From Candidatus Egerieisoma sp. (lineage in GTDB: Bacteria; Bacteroidota; Bacteroidia; Bacteroidales; UBA932): a DNA stretch of 64,000 nt. Where the stretch lies: NCBI GenBank assembly GCA_045594125.1, contig JAZNXX010000003.1:17924-81923 (forward strand), given 5' to 3'. Below the pieces are notes generated by a model, which ran no database searches, was not told the origin of the DNA, and was given only the letters and a program-made list of their open reading frames with translations. The position numbers and the translations under genes are program-made. The stretch's first letter is position 1. Each line of letters starts with the position of its first letter. Positions 39,301 to 46,510 of this stretch are shown here, piece by piece.

Positions 39301-41160
39301 ATGATTCTGACACTGAATACTAAATTTGAGGGATATACTCCGGTGCAGATGCTTGGCAAGAGTACTTCATACAGGGAGGTGTATCTGGCGAAGGACTGCT
39401 GGGAACTGGATGTTGTTCTTACGGTATATGATATGAACAAATTGCCTGAGTGCTTTACAGATGGAAAGATTCCTGAGTTTGAAGTTATCCCACTATTGAA
39501 AAATGAAGTTTTTCCTGCATACTCTGATTGTGGCGACTATAACAATGGTGGTGTTTCATTACGGTGGATGGTAACAAAATATGTTGGTAGCACTACATTG
39601 ACTGAGTACATAAATTCAGATTGTCTCTACAATGAACGGGAGATGCTGCGCCAATTCTATAACTTGTTAGTTGCTGTTAAGGAACTTTCATTGCGTATGG
39701 GTGGAGGTTGTTGCAATAATATTTCTACGGATAATATTATTGTCTCGATGACTCCATCTGGAGAGATAAAGTGGTACCTGGTAGGGCTTAATTGCGTCTC
39801 TGGGACCTGTAATGGCCGTGCAACATTTGATACTAGTGTGCCATCTCTCATCTTTCGTGCCCCCGAAACATTGGTTGGACACTATAATGTCAGAACTGAT
39901 ATCTTCTCATTAGGCATTGTACTTGCGATTATTCTGCAAGGCAAACACCCTTGGGATGATTTTGTGAGAACAAATTCCGGGTTTCCGATAACTGCTATTG
40001 TAAAGTTGATGCGGGAAAATCCACCTGTATTATCCCATTCTGATGCACTAAATATTATCATAGCCAAAGCAATTGCAACTAAACCCTCTGAGAGATATAG
40101 GACTATTGAGGATATTGCTTTTGCTATAGCAAAATATCTTGGAGATGAGAAATTGAAGGGTTTTGAATGCTTTGCTCCTGAACACTCAAAACCTGTTTCA
40201 AGACTTTTCGAACATAAAACTGAAGAGGAGGTGCCAGTTGATAGTATGATACAACAAGCTCTTTCGCAACCAAAGTCCAATGTCCGGATTGAACGGGTTA
40301 AGGGCAATGGTTTCAAGGATGTGGCAGGTATGAAACAACTTAAAACTCTGCTGTCACGTAACTTTGTGGATATTGTCCAGAATCGCTGGCTGGCAGCACA
40401 ATTCCAGATTACTCCCCCGAACGGTACCTTATTGTGGGGGCCTCCGGGAACCGGCAAGACATTCATCTCACGCAAGCTTGCGGAGGAGAGCGGAATGTTA
40501 TTCAGTCTTATCAAGCCCAGCGATTTGGGTAATATCTATATCCACGGTTCGCAGAGTATGATTGCAGACCTCTTTACCCGCAGTGAGGAGCTGGCTGCCA
40601 AAAATAACTGTGGTGTTCTGCTGGTATTTGATGAGTTTGACAGCCTTGTGCCAAAGCGAGACGCCAATAAGGATAATAATCAGGCAAATGAGGTGGCAGA
40701 GTTCCTTACAAGGCTTAACGATTGTGCCGAAAAAAATGTCTATGTTGTTGCCACTACCAACCGTATTGACGCTATTGACCCAGCCATTATCCGCAAGGGA
40801 CGTATGGATGAGGTGATATATGTAGGACTTCCTGATGAAGAGGCCCGCAAGGAACTCTTGGAGCTGGAGCTGCTAAAACGTCCGCACGAAGATATAGACA
40901 CTGCCCGGATAGTAGAACTGACCAAAGGTTACTCATCAAGCGATATAAGTTTTATTGTAAAGGAGTGTGCGAGATGTTCATTTGATGAGAGTATCAAATC
41001 AAGGCATTTGGTAAAGATAAACCAGTCTCTGCTTGAGAAGACAATAGCCGGAACAAGACCTTCAGTGACTGAAGAGGAACTACGCCGCTTTGAACGGATT
41101 AAAGAATCGTTCACAAGAGAACATAAAAGGGAGCCGCTCAGAATAGGTTTTGTAAAATAG
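39301..41160 (+). CDS. protein-kinase-like (predicted catalytically inactive) domain fused to a classic-clade AAA+ ATPase
   Basis: 619 aa. The N-terminal half keeps kinase subdomains VIII/IX ('FRAPETL', 'TDIFSLGIVLAIIL.GKHPW'), but HRD is 'CNN' and DFG is 'LVG'. The C-terminal half has 'DVAGM', Walker A 'GPPGTGKT', Walker B 'LLVFDEFD', sensor-1 'VVATTN' and 'PAIIRKGRMD'. Confidence 0.8.
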   Translation: MILTLNTKFEGYTPVQMLGKSTSYREVYLAKDCWELDVVLTVYDMNKLPECFTDGKIPEFEVIPLLKNEVFPAYSDCGDYNNGGVSLRWMVTKYVGSTTLTEYINSDCLYNEREMLRQFYNLLVAVKELSLRMGGGCCNNISTDNIIVSMTPSGEIKWYLVGLNCVSGTCNGRATFDTSVPSLIFRAPETLVGHYNVRTDIFSLGIVLAIILQGKHPWDDFVRTNSGFPITAIVKLMRENPPVLSHSDALNIIIAKAIATKPSERYRTIEDIAFAIAKYLGDEKLKGFECFAPEHSKPVSRLFEHKTEEEVPVDSMIQQALSQPKSNVRIERVKGNGFKDVAGMKQLKTLLSRNFVDIVQNRWLAAQFQITPPNGTLLWGPPGTGKTFISRKLAEESGMLFSLIKPSDLGNIYIHGSQSMIADLFTRSEELAAKNNCGVLLVFDEFDSLVPKRDANKDNNQANEVAEFLTRLNDCAEKNVYVVATTNRIDAIDPAIIRKGRMDEVIYVGLPDEEARKELLELELLKRPHEDIDTARIVELTKGYSSSDISFIVKECARCSFDESIKSRHLVKINQSLLEKTIAGTRPSVTEEELRRFERIKESFTREHKREPLRIGFVK

Positions 41161-41220
41161 CTGATAGATATTCTGGGATATGGCACTCTATAATTATTGA
41201 ATAAATCACAAATTAATATT

Positions 41221-41712
41221 ATGAACCAGAAAGAGATTATAATTGACGAACTGAAGGCGATGGGTTTTGAGCCTGTCGAATTGGACGATATAGGCTATCG
41301 CTTCAAGTACGATGGGGTGAATTATCTATATGCGCCTAACGAAAATGATGAACAGTTTTTACGCATCGTTATCCCTAATCTGCAAGAGGTAACGGATGAG
41401 AATAGAGTAGCGGTGCTGGAGGCTATGCAAGAAACCAATTTGATGCTGAAGTATGCAAAGGTTTGCATTTTGTATGGGGATAGTGTATGGGCAATTTATG
41501 AGCATCGTTTTGATTCCACTGAGAATTTGACAGATTTGATGGAGCACATTATCAGTGTTCTTAATACAACTCAGCGGGTCTTCTACAAAATGATGAATGG
41601 TGAAGAGGTCGTTGGATCTCCAAAGAAGAGTGATGATTACTCTGACGATGCCATAGAGGCAGAATTGCAGAAGAGGCTTGATAGCATTGGGGATAGTGAG
41701 GAATATAACTAA
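41221..41712 (+). CDS. small acidic protein, YbjN/T3SS-chaperone-like fold suspected
   Basis: 163 aa from the ATG at 41221; the track starts at the TTG at 41197. The pattern 'IIDELKAMGFEPVELDD.GYRFKYDG..YLY....DEQFLRIVI' resembles YbjN-family topology. It is a paralogue of the next ORF. Confidence 0.6.
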   Translation: MNQKEIIIDELKAMGFEPVELDDIGYRFKYDGVNYLYAPNENDEQFLRIVIPNLQEVTDENRVAVLEAMQETNLMLKYAKVCILYGDSVWAIYEHRFDSTENLTDLMEHIISVLNTTQRVFYKMMNGEEVVGSPKKSDDYSDDAIEAELQKRLDSIGDSEEYN

Positions 41713-41723
41713 AAAATAGTGAT

Positions 41724-42107
41724 ATGAATACATATGAACTGGCAAAAAAATTTATAGCTGGACAGCGATACCGGGTATGTTACGAAGAGTGTTCGGAAGG
41801 TTGCATTGTTTTCCGTTACCAGATGAATACAATGCATATCTTCGTAAACACTGAAGATGAACACTTCTTATTTATGACATTGCTGAATTTTACAGATGTA
41901 ACTAAGGAGAATTTAGAACAGGTTGAGGAAAACTGCCATCAGTTAAACAAAGAGACAAAACTCGTAAAATTTTATGTTATGAACGATATGATTTTGGCAA
42001 CAGTGGAGGCATATTACCTCGCCGAAGAGGATTTCAATTTTCAGATGATGAATGCTCTAAAGCATCTTGTAGAGGCAAAAGTAATGTATAAAAAGTTGTA
42101 CGAATAG
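41724..42107 (+). CDS. small protein, paralogue of 41221-41712 (YbjN-like suspected)
   Basis: 127 aa, 11 nt downstream of the previous gene. 'FRYQMNTMHIFVNTEDEHFLFMTLLNFTDVTKENLEQVEE' aligns with 'YRFKYDGVNYLYAPNENDEQFLRIVIPNLQEVTDENRVAVLE'. Confidence 0.6.
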   Translation: MNTYELAKKFIAGQRYRVCYEECSEGCIVFRYQMNTMHIFVNTEDEHFLFMTLLNFTDVTKENLEQVEENCHQLNKETKLVKFYVMNDMILATVEAYYLAEEDFNFQMMNALKHLVEAKVMYKKLYE

Positions 42108-42181
42108 TTAATAGAGCTATTATAAATAGGACAAACTTATACTGGATATCCGATAAATATATTCTTTAAATGTAACACAAT

Positions 42182-42358
42182 ATGATTATGAAAAAGGTGA
42201 AAGAAGTACGAGGACTAAAATGTCCAAACCACGATTATGTAAGGGATAACTACCATTTCTTGTATGAGGAGGCATATTTGGGCGCAAAACCTCTGCCGAG
42301 TACAAGATGTATAAAGTGTGGCTATACAATGTCATTGCACAAGGCTCAGAAGTATTAA
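42182..42358 (+). CDS. 58-aa zinc-ribbon-like miniprotein (not in the ORF track)
   Basis: My own translation is MIMKKVKEVRGLKCPNHDYVRDNYHFLYEEAYLGAKPLPSTRCIKCGYTMSLHKAQKY*. It has a CPxH...CxxC arrangement and is co-directional within the cassette. Confidence 0.4.
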   Translation: MIMKKVKEVRGLKCPNHDYVRDNYHFLYEEAYLGAKPLPSTRCIKCGYTMSLHKAQKY

Positions 42359-42386
42359 TCAAATTATAAAACTAAACTATAACAAT

Positions 42387-43061
42387 ATGACAAAGATCTG
42401 TTTCCCAAATTATAATAAAGGTGAGTTTGCATCGTTGGCCGACGCATTGAAATTTATGCGCCGTAATGACAACTTCGTTTCAAGATATGCATTGTGCAAT
42501 ATTGTGCAATACAATATCTGCTACCGGAATCACCTGCGTCAATACGGTATTGACAGCTTGATTTTCAGGCTTCTTGATGAGGCGCCTAAGTTGAAGCAAG
42601 AGAGGGTGCTGCTTTATTATTTGCGTAAATGGGCAAAAGATGAAAAACTTGCTGATTATGATATCCAGTGTTATAATATAAAAGATAAAGTAACCATTCT
42701 AGGGCATACATTTAATGGCCTTGAAGATATTAGTGAACACTTTGAACTATATACCAGGGATGGTTATGGCGCTATGCACCATCTGTTTTCGGTGGAAGAC
42801 AGAGAGTACGACGATATACATATAGGCCATTTTTTTGAAAACTATCCAATTTTTGACAGCTCGGATCTAAGTGATGACCGCACCTATCAGAACTACATCT
42901 TTCGTTCCAATCCTATTACTGAAAGTGATATGCAGGAGGCCTTCAATGTATTCCACGGCTTTAATTTCTGCAGAGTGCACGAAAATATTCCGGTTGAGAC
43001 TCTGCCCATTCTCTACTATAACGGGAATGGTAAGTATATGCTGCTGGCAACAAAAAGATGA
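42387..43061 (+). CDS. hypothetical protein (orphan, 224 aa)
   Basis: The ATG at 42387 is preferred over the GTG at 42318, which would overlap the miniprotein ORF. No recognisable motif. Confidence 0.55.
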   Translation: MTKICFPNYNKGEFASLADALKFMRRNDNFVSRYALCNIVQYNICYRNHLRQYGIDSLIFRLLDEAPKLKQERVLLYYLRKWAKDEKLADYDIQCYNIKDKVTILGHTFNGLEDISEHFELYTRDGYGAMHHLFSVEDREYDDIHIGHFFENYPIFDSSDLSDDRTYQNYIFRSNPITESDMQEAFNVFHGFNFCRVHENIPVETLPILYYNGNGKYMLLATKR

Positions 43062-43123
43062 CACTTTGGCAAAGAGGTTTAAGGATACAAAAACAAATTG
43101 ACATTTAAACTGATTATTCTATT

Positions 43124-43297
43124 ATGGAAACAAAAACTGGCTCAAATGTAAAACATACAGCTGTCAAAGTGACTCTTATTGCTGTTATTTCACTTATGCT
43201 GCTTATCCCTTTGGCAATGATAGAGGATGTTATTAATGATCGTGAACAGACAAAGGATTCCGTTACAGAGGAGGTGGCAGACTCCTATGCGTTGTGA
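43124..43297 (+). pseudogene. creD: creD (cell envelope integrity protein) 5' fragment, 57 codons only
   Basis: 'VKVTLIAVISLMLLIPLAMIEDVINDREQTKDSVTEEV' matches the N-terminal TM helix and following motif of CreD ('LLLLIPIMLIRQVIVERADYRSDVEDAI' in E. coli). Full-length CreD is about 450 aa. Confidence 0.6.
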
Positions 43298-43382
43298 TGT
43301 ATCTTACTGCAGGAATCAATAATAGACCGACAGCCAAGAGTGAATAACGTTGGTGCTGTTTGACTGAATCTGTCGGGCAAAG

Positions 43383-43429
43383 GAGAGGCCGGATCAAAAT
43401 TGCTTTTGACCCGGCCTCTCATCTTTTTT
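43383..43429 (+). terminator. rho-independent terminator
   Basis: Perfect 10-bp GC-rich stem gagaggccgg/ccggcctctc, followed by atctttttt. Confidence 0.65.
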
Positions 43430-43461
43430 AAATATCCATCAGTACAGGAAGTGACAAGGGC

Positions 43462-44343
43462 TTAATAACCCATATTGTCACCATTCAAAATCTTGTTGAA
43501 GTGCCAGATGTGCTGTTCCAATGCAAAACCCCAATATGGCCAGGAGTGTTTGCCCGGGCTGAGAATCTTAATGTGAGGAACATCATATTCACGGCATTTT
43601 GCTGCAAAGACATCTGTACATTGTGCATAAACATCGTGGTATCCTGCTGTTACGATGATTGGTTTGTCCATTGCCCTCAAAGTGTCGGCAAGAGGAACAA
43701 CACGGTTGACAGCACTCTCAGAATCAATACGCTCCTTTTTATCACCGATTACCTTGGCTAATTCGGTATCTCTCAAACTTGTGAGCTGGAGGTCAAGGAC
43801 ACCGCTCATACTGCCTGCAGCCCTGAAGTTCTCAGGATGATCAAGGAAGAGATTTACTGCACCGTGTCCTCCCATACTCAAACCTGTAATGAAGGTGCTG
43901 TCGGGAACAAGATTGAATCTCTCTTTAAGGAGCGGGAAGCACTCTTCATCAAAGAATTTGCGCCACTGCATCTTTGTTGTATCAGTATTGTTGAGGTACC
44001 AGCTGTTGTAGAATCCGTCAGGACAGATAATTCTGAAACCGGTGCGGTTGCTGATCTCCTGGATATCGTGCTTGTTGCTCCAATCTTTATAGCATCCGCT
44101 CCATCCGTGCAAAAGTAGAAGTGTAGGAATTGTGCCGGATTCAGAAATGTTTCCCTGGCAGCAAGCCGGGGTGAATACAAGAATAGAGTCGTTGCATTTC
44201 AAGTTCGATGACTCGATGACAATGAGTTGTGGAGCAGATTCAGCTTTGTTGGCCTCTTCTGAACAACAGCTGCTGTTGGCAATCATGCCAAACGACAGAG
44301 CCGCAAACAAAATCAGATTGGTTAGTTTTTTCATATAATTCAA
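43462..44343 (-). CDS. secreted esterase / alpha-beta hydrolase (putative esterase family)
   Basis: 293 aa with a signal/lipobox region 'ANSSCC', 'LLLHGWSG' and the nucleophile elbow 'GLSMGGHGA'. Confidence 0.75.
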   Translation of the reverse strand: MNYMKKLTNLILFAALSFGMIANSSCCSEEANKAESAPQLIVIESSNLKCNDSILVFTPACCQGNISESGTIPTLLLLHGWSGCYKDWSNKHDIQEISNRTGFRIICPDGFYNSWYLNNTDTTKMQWRKFFDEECFPLLKERFNLVPDSTFITGLSMGGHGAVNLFLDHPENFRAAGSMSGVLDLQLTSLRDTELAKVIGDKKERIDSESAVNRVVPLADTLRAMDKPIIVTAGYHDVYAQCTDVFAAKCREYDVPHIKILSPGKHSWPYWGFALEQHIWHFNKILNGDNMGY

Positions 44344-44422
44344 CTTTATAAATGTTTAAGTGGCGGCAAAATTAGCAATAAAAGGAGATATTTTTTCAAT
44401 AAATAAGTTTAATTTTGCAATT

Positions 44423-46492
44423 ATGGAAAATACGAATATAAAAGTTACAAAGAGTATCTTCAGAAACAAGATAACTTATTTGAGCCTCTTCGTAGCCTTT
44501 GTGGTGATGATGTTGGCCTATCCGAATGACGGAAAATTCAAATATGATTATCATAAGGGGCGCCCTTGGCTATATGAGACATTGACTGCACCAATTGATT
44601 TCCCGCTGCTCAAGACTCAGGCCGAAATGGTCAGGGAGAGGGATGATGTTGCCTCCAAGATAATTCCTTATTATATATATGACGAGGAGTTGCTGGGTGA
44701 GACACTCTACTCTTTTGCTATGTTGAAGATGCCGTTCCAGGACTCTGTTGCCTCTGTCGTGGATTCGGTTATCACATCTGCATTCAGAACTGTATATGAA
44801 AAAGGCCTGATTGCCGATCATGCCGTTTCCCAGCAGGATTCAGAAGTTGGAGATGTCAACTACATCTTTGTACAGAGAAGAAAAGGAACTGTCGAGATGT
44901 CAAAGGGAGAACTTTATACACAAGGAAAAGCTTTGCGCCTGATCAGACAGGAGCTTATGGGGGCATTGCCTACGATGAGTTCCGATTCAATTATGGCACA
45001 ACTTAAAGTTGACTCATATCTTGTTCCAAATCTTGTATATGATGCGGCTACAACAAAAATAGTTCATAAAGAGGCTGTCAACTATATCTCACCTACAAAG
45101 GGTATGGTGTATACCGGACAACTGATAGTCTCTGAGGGTGAGACAGTAACAGCTGAGATAGAGCAGATGCTTGACTCATATAAGGCGGAGTATATCCTTA
45201 GTATGGGATATTCGGGAAGCCGTTGGCAGATGCTGCTGGGACACTCCATCTTTATACTTGTAATCTTGTCTTTGCTCTATGTTACAATATATTTTGTTGA
45301 TGCGCAGATCTTGAAGCAGAGCAATAAATTTATGTTTCTCCTTTTTGTTGTGGTTTTGGCATTTGTCAGTACAGTTCTTGTAAGGAATGTTGCTGTAGAG
45401 TATCTCTATCTGATACCATATGCCGTTTTTGCCCTCTATATGATGGCATTCTTCCACGCAAAGATGGTCTTCCCTATTTATATGATTTCATTGTTGCCAT
45501 TGCTGATAACAACAGAGTATGGCATAGAACTCTATATAATGAATATTTTTGCAGGAGGTGCAGCCCTTGTTGCCTTCTCTTATCTCAATAGGGGATGGCT
45601 GCAGTTTATGAACTCACTGCAGATTTTTGTGGGAATGTTGCTGATTCACGTAGCCTTTGAACTTGTTGAGTTGGGTTCTATAAATGATATTTCTTACACA
45701 ACACTATTATACATATTCCTCAACTCTCTCTTTGTGGTAGCGGCATACCCTTTGGTATTCCTTCTGGAAAAGATATTCTATCTTGTCTCAAATGCAACAC
45801 TCAAGGATTTGTCGGATACAAACAATGCGCTGCTTCAGGAACTTGCCCGTAAGGCTCCCGGTACATTCCAGCACTCGTTGCAGGTTGCAAATCTTGCAGA
45901 AAGGGCAGTAGATGCAATTGGTGGAAATGCAAGGCTGGTTAAGGTTGGAGCGATGTATCACGATGTGGGTAAAATAGGCAATCCCCAATGTTTTATTGAG
46001 AACCAGGCTCCAGGAATCAATTTCCATAAGGATTTGTCACCAATGGAGAGCGCCAGGGAGATTATTAAACATGTGCAGGTGGGAGAGGAGCTGGCGAAAA
46101 AATATCATCTTCCTCAAATTATCAGAGAGTTTATAACCTCTCACCACGGATGTTCACAGACCGGCTATTTCTATACAAAATATTGTAATGAAGGTGGAGA
46201 TCCTGCAAACATAGGAGAGTTTACCTACAAAGGTACACTGCCTACAACCAAAGAGCAGGTTGTTGTGATGATGGCTGATGCAGTAGAGGCAGCTTCACGC
46301 TCGTTGAAGGATTATTCGGTGGAGAGCATTTCCAAACTGGTCAATGGAATATTGAGTCAGAGGATGTCGGATTCGCAGCTGATCAGGGCTGATATATCAA
46401 TAAAGGAGATCAACATTGTAAAATCGATCTTCATCAAACATCTTGGTGAGATATATCACGCGAGGATTGCTTATCCTCATAAGAAGAAGTAA
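44423..46492 (+). CDS. 7TM-HD (HDIG) membrane phosphohydrolase, PgpH/YqfF-like
   Basis: The start was moved to MENTNIK. An extracellular domain and a 7-TM block are followed by the HD domain 'HSLQVANL...MYHDVGK...SHHG'. Confidence 0.85.
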   Translation: MENTNIKVTKSIFRNKITYLSLFVAFVVMMLAYPNDGKFKYDYHKGRPWLYETLTAPIDFPLLKTQAEMVRERDDVASKIIPYYIYDEELLGETLYSFAMLKMPFQDSVASVVDSVITSAFRTVYEKGLIADHAVSQQDSEVGDVNYIFVQRRKGTVEMSKGELYTQGKALRLIRQELMGALPTMSSDSIMAQLKVDSYLVPNLVYDAATTKIVHKEAVNYISPTKGMVYTGQLIVSEGETVTAEIEQMLDSYKAEYILSMGYSGSRWQMLLGHSIFILVILSLLYVTIYFVDAQILKQSNKFMFLLFVVVLAFVSTVLVRNVAVEYLYLIPYAVFALYMMAFFHAKMVFPIYMISLLPLLITTEYGIELYIMNIFAGGAALVAFSYLNRGWLQFMNSLQIFVGMLLIHVAFELVELGSINDISYTTLLYIFLNSLFVVAAYPLVFLLEKIFYLVSNATLKDLSDTNNALLQELARKAPGTFQHSLQVANLAERAVDAIGGNARLVKVGAMYHDVGKIGNPQCFIENQAPGINFHKDLSPMESAREIIKHVQVGEELAKKYHLPQIIREFITSHHGCSQTGYFYTKYCNEGGDPANIGEFTYKGTLPTTKEQVVVMMADAVEAASRSLKDYSVESISKLVNGILSQRMSDSQLIRADISIKEINIVKSIFIKHLGEIYHARIAYPHKKK

Positions 46493-46510
46493 GGCCAGCT
46501 AAAAAAGGCC

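Noticed and set aside
39882-40514. 210-aa minus-strand ORF overlapping the kinase-AAA+ fusion gene.
   Set aside because: It is antisense to a frame carrying canonical Walker A/B and kinase motifs. It has no motifs of its own and has a shadow-ORF composition.
42318-42386. GTG-initiated N-terminal extension of the 224-aa orphan (the track gives 247 aa).
   Set aside because: The extension overlaps the 58-aa Zn-ribbon ORF and encodes non-descript sequence. An ATG at 42387 gives a clean start 28 nt after that ORF's stop.
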